From Blasia pusilla (taxonomy: Eukaryota): 64,000 nucleotides of DNA. The notes under the pieces are model-generated. The model was not told the DNA's origin and did not search any database. It saw nothing but the letters and a program-made list of their open reading frames with translations. The position numbers and the translations under genes are program-made. The DNA lies in NCBI GenBank assembly GCA_050084515.1, contig CM114271.1, forward strand, positions 41,230,001-41,294,000, written 5' to 3'. How positions within the stretch are numbered: position 1 is the stretch's first letter; the number at the start of each line of letters is the position of its first letter. Shown piece by piece: positions 26,573 to 42,136 of this stretch.

Positions 26573-28833
26573 CTAAACATCTGAAACTGGTGCACTTGGA
26601 GAATCTTCTACAATTGCAGCCTCTAATATGGTGTCAACATCATTCACATATATCTCCGGGTTAGCATACACATACCTAAACTATGCAGAGTTTTTCCAAA
26701 GCACAACCGATTCAACCAATAGATCCTCATAGTCAACAATTTTCCCCTCCAAGGCTTTCCTAAGAACAACATCTAAATGCTTACTCAATAATCTATTACG
26801 ACACTTTGTCTTTATCATATTCTGCACAGAGAATGCTCTCTCACAAATCGCAGTACTCACGCATTGCACCGTAGCAATGTTGGTTAATACCAGAAAATTT
26901 GAGAACTTACATTGCAAGGATGGGCTCCAACTTACCATTTTCCAGAGATCTCGAAAGTTCCTGTCTTTCCATTCTGTTGAGGCCATGAGCTTAAATGACT
27001 GAAACTCTAGTTTCACAGCTCCTGAGTTCACAACAGCAGGTTGCAGGTTACCCGTGAGAGGAGCATCCCTTCCAAAATGTGCACAGAGATCATCTACATC
27101 CTTACAACCCCAACTGTTCAACCCTACTAGCCTAGAGGGCATATGCAGAGGATTCATAATCCTCATTGCACCAATTAGATTATTGTCCCTGAATCGATCA
27201 TGTAAGGCCGCACATAAATTCTCAGCATAACTCTTCTGGAAAGTTAGAACAGCCTGCAAATCCTTTCCAGTATGATCCCTCAACATTTCAATGCTGTGGT
27301 ACTTTCTACCCCTAATCTCAAATTGCAATCGTTTAAAATATCCTCCAGGGGATCCATAATCAGGTAAGAGATGATAACCTGTTGCCTCAGAGAATGTAGA
27401 AGCATTCAAGTCATGAATCTCCATCACAAAGTTCATTGTAATAGAGGCTACCTCAGAATTCAAAATACTACCAATGGTACTAACATCTACAAACTTATAT
27501 TGGAATACCTTACTCAAGTTAGCAAGTATAAACAAGATATCTGCCAAGAAGTACAATTGATAGATCATTTCAAATGATCTTAACTTGTTGTACATATTAG
27601 CAGCATTACCATCATTTTCGGAGCGGGGAATATCCCTGAAATATGTGAGGACAGACTCTAACGAGTCACACAAAGTAATCACGGCTTGCCATCGTGACAA
27701 CCAGCGAATTTTGTGATATCTTTTCATCACTCTCTGAGAATCATTCAACTTCTCCTGCAAAGCAACAAGCCCACACTTCCTCTTTGAAGATCTCATAAAA
27801 TATCTAGCTATAGCATTAAAGAGAGAGTCTATTTCTATAGATACATCTTTACACCCTGGTCCTTTGGCTGCTGTCAAAGCAGCAAGGTTGGTCCTATGTG
27901 CAACGCAATGTACAGAGAGCAAACAAAGGTTTACCTTATGCTTCAATTGACTTGCTACTCCATTCTGACTACCTACCATAGTGGAGGCTCCGTCAGATCC
28001 AAAAGGTACCATTTTAGAACTGTCTAGTCCAAAATCCTTGATCAACTCTATAAGATTGTTGGTAATTGCATTAGAACACTTCTCTGGACATTGCAACAAT
28101 CCTAGAAAAGAATTCTCCACTTGCCCCTCTTGTAAGTAAGTTGCAAATACCACCAGATGACCCGTTACTGAAATATTAGTATACTCATCTATCATTATCC
28201 CAAAGAAATGAGATTGTTGTACTTTTAAAAGAGTCCTTCTATGCAGAACCTGACTATTGTAGTAACACATCTTTGCACAACTCTTCTCATCCTGGTACAA
28301 AACTCAAGTAATGGGTGCATTTATCGACAGCAGCAACTTACACAGGTTCGGAAATTTGGCAAAAGCCATTGATTCCTTCGCAATAAAATAAGCACATTTA
28401 AACAATGTCAATAAGGCAGTGTCACAAGTACGATTAGAAGTGGCAATGGCCTTGGCCATGGACTTGTTTCCGACATTAGCAGCCCAAGAAAGCTTCATGT
28501 GCTCATTAGATTTACCATGATCAGTGCTATAAACTGTAAGGAAACCTTACAGTTTATAGCACCGTCCCTTACGAAAGAATTCTTGCCCTTCCCATGTCTA
28601 CAAACTTTACAAAATATTCTACCGGATTCTACATGGAACTCTATCCAATCAAATAAGGAGTACCAGACATCCTTCCAAGCCAATTGATTCTTCTCAATCT
28701 GGGCTTCAGAAGGAGAGCATGATCTGTTAACTTCATGTCCATCTGATGACTCTGAGCGGCTTCTATCCTCTGGAAGGTCATGGCCTACCTCTTTGTTTAA
28801 CATCTCGCTCATAGTTTGCTGTCTCTTAGCCAT
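26573..28833 (-). pseudogene. hAT transposase (ZNF862-like), disrupted
   Basis: N-terminal zinc finger (FDWIEF...IFCKVC), GIMIDE, FGSDGASTMVG, VHCVAH, IRW, STAICERAFS dimerisation region. Frameshift near 28497, stop at ~28304, probable premature stop at 26681. Confidence 0.88.
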
Positions 28834-31800
28834 CTATGAGACACAATCGATGTCCAAGCAAACAAGGGACAACCTAATCTACTGTAGTACAGGTAAGACT
28901 TAAGACCTTTAAGCCGAAGTTCCCACCCCTAAACAAAAATCGATACCCTATTTTCCAAAAGGAAAGTGATACAATGCGCAAGTGCAAAGCGAAGGGAGCT
29001 GCGGAAGGACAACAAATACAGGTCTAAAACCGGTGAATGAAGCAATGAAAAACAGAAAAAGTGTTAAGAAACCTGTCAGGTTAGAAAACTATCTAAACAA
29101 TGATCCGATCCTGTGTAAACCAAGTATATGGAGGGCATACCAATCTGCACAATCGTTGTACATGCGGAGTTGGGTCCCGGGACTGCGGGTTGAGAGATTG
29201 GGCCAAAAGATGGGAAAGAACGTTCGAGGGAGTTAACTAAGCTCACGACTACTACAACGAGTTCAGGAAATAGCGAGATGCAACAAAAGTCGTTTCACAG
29301 AGGCCCGAAACAACGCTAGACAAGAATCAAGAAATAGCCAAAAAAGTCGAGAGGCCAAATTCACGAGCTCACATCCCAGCAAGAGCAAGTGTCCACACCA
29401 ACTGTCAACCGCAAACCGAGCGTTGAGAGTGAAGACACCTGCTACTACCGCGCACATCTAGAATCGAGGCAAGTTGATAGACGAGCCGAGCTTGATGCAA
29501 AGACAATGGTTCTCCCCTCGAATTCAGAAGTTCAGAATGGCCAGTCTCGAGTAAACAAGTCGACTCCTAAACGAAAATTCCTCCACCTCTCACTTCGAGA
29601 ACCTCCTAAAGCTGTTGAGACTCAAATGAAGGAGTTGAGATTTGATAATCTCACAGCACAGAAATCACAATTACACAGCAAGAGAATCAAGAATAGACTC
29701 TCGAGAGGGGAAAAAAACGAGCAACGAAGAGTGAAACACGAAGAGTCCACACTCGAGAGGGGAAACGATGAGACTATCGATCGCACAACAACAACAGAAA
29801 GTGAGCACCCCGACCTCCACCCACTACCCCCCGAGAGTCGGACAAACTTGGACTTCGGAGTCTTCGAACTCCTCGGACGTGGAGCATTAGAGCCGTTGAA
29901 GGCGGCTTGCCCTAAATCGGAGCCTTAATCGGACGGCTTACATCTCCTCCTCGGACTGATCCAACGGATATAGTAGTGTCGGTTTACCGGCAGTCGGATA
30001 CTAACCCGGCAGGACTCCGGCCCCCTGAAAATGCTTACCAGCCATATTCTGGCTCCCTATATATGGAAACGACAATTTGCCGACGACATCCTCCTAGAAA
30101 ACAGCCAAATTCTGACATATAATTTCACGACCACCCAGTTGCCGGAAAGGGGAAGATGTGACCCGGAAATTTGACCGAAGGTTTCCCGAGGAGGCGGCAA
30201 TTTCATTTTTTTTCCCGGCTAGCTTTATACGTAGCCCCGGTTCTCCCCGGACGTTGATCCCAAATCCTTGCAAGCACATTGTACCAGCCATACCCATTGC
30301 AAAGAACGAGACATTGCTTGCACTCTATCATCCTTCACTAAAATAAATATTGCATTTGTGAAATAATAATATGATGACTATGACTAATTGTATTATTAGT
30401 TACCATGAATGTGAGTATAAGATTTATACAAAATAATTTGAATAATAACAAATCTTACTAGTATCATGAGATTAACAAAATATACAAGGAGAAAAGGAGA
30501 ATGCTAACTTGTATGTACCCTTGAGATTTTATTACCTGTGCCTCTTTCATTTATTATTACTAACATTCCCATTCATTTGCAAGTATGAATCAATGATGAT
30601 ATTCACGATTGTAGAAATTTTGTAAATTACTCTCATAGTCAGTAAACTTGTTGGATTAAACATTTAAATGATTTGATGATAACAAGATCATGTGAAATGA
30701 GTTATACCATCACATTCATAACATTTACAATTAGTTATACTAGTAGCTTATTGTCAAAATATCGTAGATTTTTAATCTATGAAAATATTATACAAGACTA
30801 AGACCTCTAATTCCTCTAAACACATTTATGTCACTTTATAATAGCTCTAAGAAATTAAATACAAAAACCAAGAAAGGAGTGTGTTTATGGAATTTGAAAT
30901 TCATGAGTGGTATCATATTTATGTATTTTTACATAATATACAAATTAAAATGAATGGTGTAGAGAAAAAAATGAATTTGAGTTGACATAGAATCATTGTG
31001 CCTATATTCACATAAAAAAAGGAAAAAAATGTTAGCAACTAGAAAAAATTGCAAGTAAAAATTGAAGGACTAGAATTTTTTGGATGTTTCATCACAAACA
31101 TCTCATATCAATGAAAGGAATGTTGACTAATGAATGAGCTTTTTCAAGTTTAACTCCCGTCAAATGATTGAAAACCCAACTACATCTCATTTTTTTTGTT
31201 GGGGGGATTATCATGTTCATTAGCGTCTCGTAATGGATACTCATGTTTGATGGTTTCCCCAACATACATCTAATCATTCCAAGGGCTATGCTTTCCCCGT
31301 GAATCTAGTCTCTCCCACTCAAACTTGAGATGACTCTAATCCCTAAAATAGTCCAATTAACCTTTGGTTAAGTGGCTTAAAGATGAACCTCGTTTCCTAA
31401 TACAATTGTAAGCATGGAAATTACCAATACTAAAGGCCGAGTACAGTAGCGTCATGACACTTTACAAATTCATGATCTCTCTCAAATTACCTTAGGGAAG
31501 CCTCCCTCCCTCCCACACCACCATTTTGACAAGTTTTTCATGAATTTCAAAAGTTCCACTTGATGGGCTAAAAACTATACAAGAATCGGTATATGAACAA
31601 GTGTAAAATTGTACCCTTGTACTTCTAAGAATTTAATAAAAGTTTAAAATCTATGTAATAAGCATATCACGCATTTATGTACAAGTTTATGAATTGTACA
31701 TTTTTCTTCTTGTTGGTTCGATCAGTGCCTCCCAAATCATCATGAGTCTTTCCACCAACACTCCCAAAAAGCTCAATAGTTGCCTTGGATGTTTTCTTGA

Positions 31801-32343
31801 GCATTGGTGAGAACTTAAGGCTCATTATTGTGTGGCTTCCACACCAAATCATTCTAAAAAAATCACAATGCTACAAAATAACATAAGTATAAACATTCCA
31901 TGGATGTAAATCCAAGGAAATTTACAAATTTTTATTATACGCATTTTCTTTATACTGAAATTAGGAAGCTAAAACCAAGTTCTTCTTCCTCTTCCCGCTT
32001 ACAATAGAAGGATTTGCATACAATTTTGAACTCCTTAATTCTGAATAATCATGAAACGAAGGAAAGCTCATAGAAATGGAGAAAAGTTTCAGAATACCAT
32101 GAGAATAAAACAAAAGCACCCAAAGAACTCTATAATTTTGAGTGATGTGTATCTTTAGAAGTTATATTAGACAACGACTTATGCTCATCCATCCCAAACG
32201 TATTTGTATGGAGATTTTCCCCCTTATATGTAAAATACCAAGAGTTTATCAAATTTAAAGACCTAACGAAAAAATATTATATATTTATGTACTTAAAAGC
32301 AAAGAAAGAATAACCTTCATAATGGAACATGCTACATAATACC

Positions 32344-32400
32344 CAAGGTTGCAAATGGACAAAGTGTGTATCTGCGGACATGTCCATGGACTTACATCAA
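32344..32400 (+). repeat. Left-end fragment of the same hAT MITE family as 19639-20080
   Basis: CAAGGTTGCAAATG...TGCGGACATGTCCA matches 19639-19695. The right end was not found. Confidence 0.6.
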
Positions 32401-34867
32401 TCTTATACAAATTCATGTGGGCCTCATCTCCCACTTCTTTCTCATTCCCTCACTTACCTTTGTGATCTGGACTTTCTCGTCTCCCATCTCCACTCCCTCC
32501 CCCCTTATTGCCCCTTCCGCCCTTGTCATGCCTTCCACCATAAACTATAAGTGTGGGCCGAACCAACATCTATAAATAAAACATCCACACCTTTGAAAAC
32601 CAGTACCATTGCCATGCTTGATGGGAGTTTATTTTTCTTGACAATTGTAGAGCATATAATAAGGGTCTTCTCATAGCTTGCAAGAAGATGGTATGATTCC
32701 ACCACCCTTTGTATGAGAACCAAAAAGCAATCACTCCCACAAAATACATTTCAATTAGCACTTGCATTATAAACTTGACTTACCCTCATGGATAATTGTC
32801 TCATCCTCCGTATTTGTAAAGCTACCGCCTCTTACTCTTCTTTTCTTTGGAACTTTACACGCTCTTGACTTGATAGAGCCTTATCCATTACTAATGGTTC
32901 TTCTCCATGACACCCTAGTTGGTGTGAGAATTCTTTATGGTTTGAGTTGCCACTCCCATCTATCTAAACATGCTTGAACTATCGTTGTGATTGTGGTGTA
33001 GACATCTACATTGAATTCCCGTCCCTTCTCAAAATTTGAAAGTTTATTCCCAATGAACAATTTCTAAAATTGAACCTTGAAGCTCTGAATTATCCCTACA
33101 TCAAAGGGTTAAAACATGGCATTCACAAGAAGAAAAAACAATTTAGTAATCTTCAAAGTGTGTTGTAGAGGGTCCAAGATGTGCTCAAGAGCATTGTCAA
33201 CTACCAAACCTACCTTGTGGTGGCCTAATGTTGCAATATGGTTCACAAATCCAGACACCTACTCTTGGAAGACGTCACCCTTCATCCAAGCCTTTTTGTC
33301 GTAGTACCACTAGATCCCCAAATTATCTCATCTCTTGATCCTACGGATGATGAATGCATGAGGATTCTGTTTTTTTTTTATAATAATCGATGGGAGCTTA
33401 AATGACCCGTCCATGTTTGCACATCCATGGTATGTGAGTCTTATCCTTCTTCTATCCCTTATAAACTCGATCCCCTTAGACTCTTATGTAGGTTATTTAT
33501 ATAATCAAAAGAGGACAGGGTTTCAGGAAACCCTCCTCAGATTTTTACACGTAATCTCTAAGGGTTCATATCACTTTGAAAGACTCTTAATTGAATTAAG
33601 GAAATAATTAAGAAAATTAAATATCAACCGTACTGTACGTTTTTTTCCTTATTATCATACTATTAAGCGCGTTAGCTCATTCCGAAGACAAATGAATGAA
33701 GGACACGTGTAATGTTTGTCCATAGAGCCCGTTCACGACTTTTTTCTTTTAATTTTACCCTATAACAAGTAGAAAACAAAAATGGGTAAGATTTAAATAA
33801 TTTGGTTATTATTTATTTTAAAAATAAGAAATAAGAAAATAATTAAAATTCAAATATCTTTCCCATGAAATCTTAGTCATCTCTTTAATTTTATTATATT
33901 TTTTCATTTGGAAGTTTAAAAATTATTTTTCAAGATTCATTCCAAGTTAATTTTAAGTTGAATTTTGAGGCAAAAAATTTTTTTTTGGGAAATAATTAAA
34001 AGGATAATAAGACACTAATGGGACAAGAATTATTATCAAACTAATGGAAGACATATTTTTTAATTTTTTTTTAAATTTTCAAGTTAGATTTAGAGAAAAT
34101 TTTAATTCCTCTTTTAAGAAAAAAATTCATCAAAATAGAAGATTTTCTTTTGCTCATTGAAGGATGGAGATTGGAAATCTCCATCCTTTAATAAGTGATA
34201 AATTATTTTTTTCCACAATTAACAAAATGAAAAGAAATAATTGTTTTATTTATTTATCTTTCTTTTCGTTCCCGATCATCTCACAAAAACTTACTAGTAT
34301 ACTTACTAGTATCGGTTACGCTTCTGTGTGAATAACTCCGAAGGAATATAAGAAATTGTGTAGTTTCTTAAACCATGTCAACCATCATGTATTGAATTTG
34401 CACTCCTTCGAAGGCATCCCTTCTCAACCACAACTCATGGAGTGCTTTCACTTCCTCGATAATGCAATCATCAGAAAAATGCGCGAACAATGGACTTGTT
34501 ACTTACGTTAAGGCGGGATCGAGTTTTCCAGGCTTGCGCCACCTTCAGCTCGTGTCTTTAGCTCTCATGCGTGCGTTTAGCAGCGTCCGGATTTCGAGCA
34601 ATCAAACATTCGGATGTAATTTGCCTTCAGTTCACTCTTGAGTTTACAGTCTCGCCCACCACAATGGCTGCCTCCTGAAATGGAAGCACAGGATCCTATC
34701 ACCCCATCGTTTGATGCGAGGCACAATTGCGGATGGTTGGAAGCTCATTGTCGTGGTTTTCCTCCATTGGACGGAGCAGATTCGGACAGCCGAGGATTGC
34801 TGACGCAAGGGATGGCTCGTTGGGGATGCGAAGGTGGGCGTGGAAGAGATAATTGAGGAGAGTTGAA

Positions 34868-37800
34868 ATGGCCACACTTGGGCCCTCGCCTGATCCTGTG
34901 GCTGTACTGCGCGCCCACAAGTCTGCTGTCAATGCTCTAGCTTTCCATCCATCGAGTGGCCGCCTCCTCTCTGGGTAGTTTTTTTGTGATCCTTGAGCAG
35001 GAAATGTTCTATAATTGAATTGATTCTACACAGCAGCACAATGTCTTTCGGTCGATTGACTTCTTCGTGATTGTGACCCAATTAGTAACTGTTCGCTTGT
35101 CCAACTATTACTCCACATACGTACAACATCTTTCAGTCTGTCGACATTGTTGTGAAGTACGACGTAGCTCCATCGATCGACTTCGTTGTGACACTGTACC
35201 AGATAATATTCTCCAGTTCAAATAATTTTGTTTAGAAGTACAATGTCGTTCAGTAATGGAATTCATATGAGTCAGTGTTTATGTTTCTAGCCCTAACACT
35301 ATTCTCAAGTGAATGCCCTAGTGTGCTGAATGATCCGACATTGTTTTGTTCAGCTTATTCTAATATGGAATCTTGGAACTGATGATGGCAGGGATGCTGA
35401 TGGTGAAATAAAAATCTGGGATATGGTTCGTCGTAGGCCGCTGTCCTCATCCAGGTATGAAGGCTCTGGTTATTGGTGAACACAGGATGATTGTAAGTTG
35501 GCTACCAGATGAGGCAAGGAGGGTGGTTGCAATTTCATTGATGTTGAAGTTACCATCTTGCAGAGTTCATCCGCCGTCTTCTGGGGTGATAGGTATTGGC
35601 ACGGGCCGTCATTTGGAAAACAAGATTCTAAGGTGCAGTCACACACGGAGTAGACCAGCAACCCCTTCAGTGGTTCATCATTTGTTGGTCAGTAAGGTTA
35701 ACTGCTAGTTTCAGAATCAGACTTACGTTGTGCAAGAACATGCACACTGCAAGAAATTTGATGAAGAAATTGCTCATATTTGACTCCTCGTGACAGTGGC
35801 TCGATTAGAACTATCTAAGCCTCAAAATGCAGCTAGTTCAAAACTTGTTTCACCACAGAGCGTCCCGAGCGTGAAGAAGGGTTTAGATCCATTAGGATTT
35901 TACGTAAATTAACTACTTTTGTATCTCGCAGTCAAAGCCGTGATGGAACAGTGAAGTGCTGGCAGCTAGGAGAAGGAGGGTTATCAAGGTGCTTGCTTCT
36001 TTATCTTCAATTTGTAAAGATCTCACATGAGAACAATGGTTTCTATTATTCCAGAGTAGTTACCTGCATTTGTGTGCAGATTCTTCTAGTTGATTCTTAC
36101 GCTGAACCCTTTCAGGGCATAAAGCTTAAATGCTTACAAAAGACTTTAGTTTGCAACATTCTGATGGGGGTGTGGTTTGCTGCCAGGCAACCGCTAATTT
36201 CTATCAAGACAGAGTCATATCACTTCTGCAGGTTTTCAGTTCCATACATTAGAGCTCAGCAACCGGACACTGGTGATAGAATATCTGGCACGGAAGGTAG
36301 GCAGTTAGAAAGGCCTTGGACCAATTTTTATTACTGATTTGGGATGTAAAGGTATGGCTGCTTCTGGCATCATTAACAGGCCATATGTGTACAAGTGCTC
36401 AAAGTCAAGCACGTTCTCTGACTCAGGTTGTGATGATGAGAATATGATTGTGACCTCTTTTAACCGCCCTTTATGTAGGGAGCGAGGTATCCAGTAGTCT
36501 TGATGGAGGAGGAAGGGCTCTGATAGCTATTGCTGGAGAGGAACCATCAGTGGTACCTGCTCGCTTGACTTGCCCCAACTTATATTTGCCAAATGACTGT
36601 TACTACCCAGCTATGTATGCTGCCACACTATTTTGTGTCTTATAGCATAACTTCTCTTCTGTGAGAATAGGCTTGTGTATGAAGACACAATGAAAAGTTA
36701 TTTTTTCTCCTGTTCCTGACAGATTTTACACTGAAATATTGTGATTCAAGCAAATGACCTTGGAGACCATTACAGAATACCTCTAGCTGACCCTCGCTTC
36801 CTCACATTCTGAGGCAGGTTGAAATTTGGGATGTTGATGGAGGGAAGAGAGTGGAGCAGCTCAAGCAACCAAAAAGGGATAGTGAACTTGACTGGGAAAG
36901 TTCTAGTCCAGCATCCGCAGGTTTTGTCCATTCCTTCTCAGCTCCATTATTGTGTATTGGGAGCATTTCTTTGGAAGCCATTAACTTTTTTGGTGACAAT
37001 GGCAGGCATGTGCATGGCTGTTAAGGCTTTCCAGACTGAAGAGGGTGGTTTTCTGAATGTTGTCTCTGGGTACGTTGCAAATACACCGTGGGTGTGTTCG
37101 GTAAGATGTTATCTCCTTGTGGCCCTCAATAATACCTGGGCACACAGTGATAGCTAGAGCTGAGTTGACAGGCTTGATCGGCTGAGCTTACTTGCTACCA
37201 GGAAAACTCATATTTAGATAGCTGCCTTTTGTGCCTTAAATCTTCAGTTGGCAGATTTTTGGATCTTGATGGATTCTCCCCTTACCCCATTGTTGCTGGT
37301 TGCTACCTATTTTTATTCTGCTTTCTAACTTTGCCGTTTGTATTGTCCTTGATGGATTTTTTTCTTGCAAATGTTTTTTCTTTCTTTGTACAGATATGAA
37401 GATGGAAGCATGGCTGTTTGGGATCTACGAAATCCACAAATGCCACTGATAAGGACTAGGCTTCATTCTGAACCAGGTTAGAATTTGTATGGTCCTGGTG
37501 AGGTTGGCCGATTAATGTGAAAGTAATGATGTATATTACCAACATGTTCATGAAAAGATGCAATTTATTGCCTTGACTCCTTCCAGAGAGTGATTCTATT
37601 CCAGTGAGATTGAGGTTCTTTATTTCTGTCTATTAGAGTCAAGTGCCCCCATCAGGGAGCCATTAGACACCTGTATTTGGGAGGGGGGTGAGTAAATGAA
37701 AGGATCTCACATGTTGAGAGATTATCATCTAGATCAGAGCAATCCATTTGGCTCATTATTTGTGTGGGTTGTCCCCTTTGTTGTATATTTCATTGTCCCC

Positions 37801-39027
37801 TTGTGTCTGCATTGTCTCCCACAGGGGCAGCTGTTCCTATCTGTAGAAAACTACAAGAAAACTTTGAGTAAAAAGGAGTTAGCAGTTCAAATCTGTAGAA
37901 GTCAACAGAGGATAGCATCGATGCAGCTATGAACAGACTACTTACTATCCTTCTCAGATTTCCAATCATATTGTTTTGAGGGGCATATTGTTTTGGATTG
38001 ATCATGCCACCTTGCAGTTCTGTCTCTCAACATGGACACAAGATTTGCATCTGGTGTATCAGGGGCAGCAGACGATAAGCTTATTTTCTTTGATCTGAAC
38101 TTAGATAAGGTATGAGCCCATGCATCTTCAATCTATTTCTTGAGACTTGAGGGTTAACCTCTAGGGGAAATATGGACCTTTTCAGCCACAAGTGAATGAA
38201 AAAAATCTGAGTGAAAGTGTCCACTGACAATTGTCAAGCCCTGCAGGGTTCATATCAAGTGAGAGAAGAGGTAGTCCTTGGAAAACCTGGCATAGCAGAC
38301 ATCGTCATACGACAAGATGACAGGATTCTGGCAACTGCTGGTTGGGATAACCGGTGGGTACTTTGTTCACCCTCATTCCAAACAACCAGCCCGCTATCAA
38401 CATGAGCTTTATAGAAAATTTTGAGGATTGTTTTCTGTTATCTGCATGTTTCGTGACACATACAAGATCTCTCTCCTATCCCAGTTGTGATGAAACACAT
38501 GTCAAGCAAAACAGTTTCTTCGATGAAAACCGTTTCCTCCCTTCATGGAAGAAACTAGACAAGGAAATCATGTCCCACTTGGCCTAGTCCTTGTCCTGAG
38601 TGGAATCTATCTCTTCTCATTTGAGTACTGAACTGGAAGACAGAGCTTTTTTCATAGTCCTTGTGCAGTTATCATTTGATATCTAAAAGGTTTTGTCCAC
38701 TCAGGGTTCGAATCTACAACTATGGACGAAGAAAGCCTCTTGCAGTGCTCAAGTATCATGCAGCTGGGGTATGGTTATTATCAATTTTTTCACCATTTGG
38801 TCAATTAAATTGGTTGATTTTGTAATCTGGAGCTCACATTGGTGTGTGGTGGATAATACAGCCTTTTAAGGTTGGTGTACTGAATTGGCATATTTTGGTG
38901 TTCCATGGCTGATTTTGTTTTTCCATTGAAACAGGTGACTGGAGTGATATTTTCAGAGGATCAAAAGCTCCTTGTTTCATCGTCTAACGATTCTACAATT
39001 GCTCTTTGGTCCATCTATCCACCATAG
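34868..39027 (+). CDS. DSE1: WD40 protein DECREASED SIZE EXCLUSION LIMIT 1 / TANMEI family (ASA1/GNB1L-like), 13 exons
   Basis: GT-AG exons start at about 34868, 35392, 35564, 35932, 36187, 36479, 36818, 37006, 37394, 38018, 38247, 38705 and 38935. They join in frame: MATLGPSPDPVAVLRAH...DGEIKIWD...SRDGTVKCW...YHFCRFS...GMCMAV...GYEDGSMAVWD...ILATAGWDNRVRIYNY...LAVLKYH...IALWSIYPP*. Family recognised from memory of these motifs. Confidence 0.9.
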
Positions 39028-42000
39028 CACAGTTTTCCAAGGAATTCTGGCTCATGCTTGCAACTGCTGCACAACCTCTCGCAATTGTGTGCTTTACTTG
39101 TATGGATGAAGTATCCTATGTCATTGGAATTCTGCGGTCATTCATCCCTTTTGGCTTGTCGTGGAATGAGAGGGGAGTGGAGAGGGGTGGCGAGAGAGGG
39201 CATAAGAGTTGAAAGGGAGAGAGGGGAGTGGCGAGGCCACGAGAATGATGGCGGAAGAGCTGAAAGGGAGAGGCAGAAATGAGGTGGGGTCTAATAGGGA
39301 TTTTCCTCCATTAATCCAAGGTTTCACAATTTCGTGTAGACAAATGTAAGCTATACTATGGAGAAGAAAAATGTCTCAACCAACGAGGAAAGGGAGCTGA
39401 AACCTTCCATCATTGAATAGTATCCAAGTTTTCCCCTTTTTTGTACATGCTACAAGGTCACTCCTTGAGATTTACATAGAATGCAATGTTATAAGAACCC
39501 ATATCATGGGTTTGCAAGTATGAGTACGAGGTAGACAGTCAATTAGTAAAGTAAACTCCATCATGAATTCATTGGATCCATGTCTACAGTGGAAATAGGG
39601 GTTGGTCTTAGTCCTAATGAAGTAAAGCCTTCTATATAATGTAGGAATGATCCATGCTTGTAAGAAATAAAAGTTAATGTCTTAATAATAGCAAAAGTTT
39701 CTTGGCGATGATCATGGATAGTATAAAATAATGGTTTTATTTCACGATAATGCTAGTGTGAGATATCAGTTATGATAGAAAAGTACAATGTTTTACTCCC
39801 CGTATCACGCAAAACCTTTCTTGTCACCCGATTGTTATGGGTCAATCAAAGCGTCGTTTGATTGATACAAATCAGAAAGCTTTTCACCTGATGAAGATAT
39901 TAGTTCATTGGGTAAAATAAAATACCGTATTTGATCTGTTTGTCGTTTGGAAGTAATTCAAGTGTACTTTTGAAGTGATGTAAATAAAATCCGAGGTGTT
40001 CTTTAAGCTAGTGGCCACGAGCTCTGACGTTTATAAAAGAAACAAACAGTTTCGAATGTGTCTCACATTTGAAACTCTGAAAACAACTCGAGTTCGCTTG
40101 AAACCATTTCCGTTTTAAGGAGTTTCAAGGCGGATGCAGAATAAGTTCCAGAAACGCTTACCTATGGGCCGTGCGAAACTATCGGATCTCCTAGTGTAGA
40201 AGTATGTGGTTACCACGTATGTTCGATTGCGTATCGTACCAGATACTCGCATCGCAACACGATTCTAAGAACCGTTCGCAAACAGGTAGCAAGGTGTTGT
40301 GACTGCACAAACTAGTAGTTAGTAGACCAACTACTAACTTGACCGGATTATGCACGATGAATTTACTAATTTTCGTCACTATGAGACTTGGGTATGGTGT
40401 TCCGTTTCATAACTTCAAAGCATAGTTTATTAGGTTAATTTTTCAAAACAGATAGTTTTATCAACCCACTTGTAAGTTACACCCACTTTGATTCACATCC
40501 ATAAAAATTCGATCATTTCATTTTTTCAATTTCAACAATAATCTTCTGTAACCTAGTCGACGATGTGATACACGATTTCATAGTTATCTAGGCCGGCGTG
40601 TGCCTATTGTTGGTAATGGTCAGCGTCCTTGAGCAAACAAATAACATCAAAGATATAACCAGCAGATGCACAAGTCGTAACCGGTGTAGGGCTGACTTTC
40701 CTTCAGCCTTGCCGTGCTTACGCTCTACCGTCCACTTTACCTCGTTTCTCACATCTCCCAATCGCTCCTTTTCCTGACATCCAACTCATATTTTTTTCTA
40801 GTCTTTTGGTTGACGCGCATATGTTTATAAGATATTTGCTGTGGACGAAGATATACAGGATAAACGGTCCCTTCTCAGTAACTTGTCTACAACACACAGC
40901 TAAGATTTCAAAACGACATATAACTATCATCTGACTTTCCCACTCACACATGCATGCGGCTTTGCCCAAGGCATCTAACACTGGCATGTTATCTGGTTGC
41001 CTTTCCGAAGCGTAAGTAGAGGCCCACCTTTGGATCTTCTTCCACCGAAATATTTATCCCTATGCCTAAGATCCACACTAGGTGAGGTGAGTCTGAGAAT
41101 GCTCTAAACCTGTTTCGCCAGCTTTCTGGTCCAGAAATTTTGCTTCTTACTTGCTCACTGAGTCTCATAAAAAACACAAAACATATTCACATCCTACATT
41201 TCAGAATTGGGCTCAACCTGAAGATATAATGCACAATGAGATCCCAGAACACATTCACAACAATCCGCAAAGTTACCATGCCTTATTACCTCCGACAATC
41301 TCAAAAGCAGTCCAACCTCCTCATAACGTGGTAGAGAGAAGCTTTTCATCAAACCGAGTTCATTTGGAAACGAGAAAATGAGAAACCACGGAATATCGAG
41401 GACAGTATTTCTGAGAAAACCACTGTCGGAGAAGTGCATGGAAGATTCTTTCCTCAGACAGGCTTTACGGGACCACACATTCTAACTTTCTAACATTATC
41501 ACTAGAAGAACTCGATGAGTAGAAGTTGCAAGCAAACGGCCAGGGAGACAGAGACTGCAGAAATCTTACAATTCAGAGAGACTGCATCTATACTTCTCAT
41601 GATAATTACCAAATGACGGAAGATGTTCTTCAAAGATGATCTTACATAAAGGACACCGGTGCACCCAAGGAAACCAATGGGGCCTTGTGCTCGTGGTGCA
41701 TATTTACAATAAAGGAGCAAATTGCATTCTACTTTTACATGGGATCGGTCGATCTATACAAATTGGAGAACTATAGAACCATGTGAGTGGAACCCCGGCC
41801 TTCCCTCAAATTGGCCACTGCCGACTCCCCGATGTAGGATTATCGGATTGAAGAGGTGACTGCCTAAAACCTAGGGAGAATCCAGGTTCCCATGATCAAG
41901 CTGATGTAACCATCCCTGACAATACGAACAGACATCTTCACATTCATGCAACGCCGGACCACACTGTAGGACTGACCTACAATATATACAAAGCCAGTCA

Positions 42001-42136
42001 CCTATGAGGAGAAGGCCACCTCTTTAAGCTTGATCGCAGGTTCGTCTGAACTCACCATCCCGTGACCCTGCAGTCGCTGGGGCCCAGCTAGAGCTGACAT
42101 CTTCCAGACGGTCACTCTTCAAACAATTATCAACAA

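Larger units (their letters stand above)
25939..30256 (-). mobile_element. hAT DNA transposon, 4318 bp
   Basis: Perfect 8-bp TSD ATCCCAAA (25931-25938, 30257-30264); imperfect TIRs CATGGTCCGGGGAG / CTCCCCGGACGTTG; CCGG-rich subterminal regions; internal transposase. Confidence 0.93.

Noticed and set aside
29389-29928. 179-aa ORF inside the hAT
   Set aside because: No recognisable domain; antisense to a pyrimidine-rich leader upstream of the transposase.
24400-32300. Possible ancient transposase flanking the hAT (e.g. DSRGKHSPWN on minus near 31290)
   Set aside because: Too decayed to assign a family by eye.
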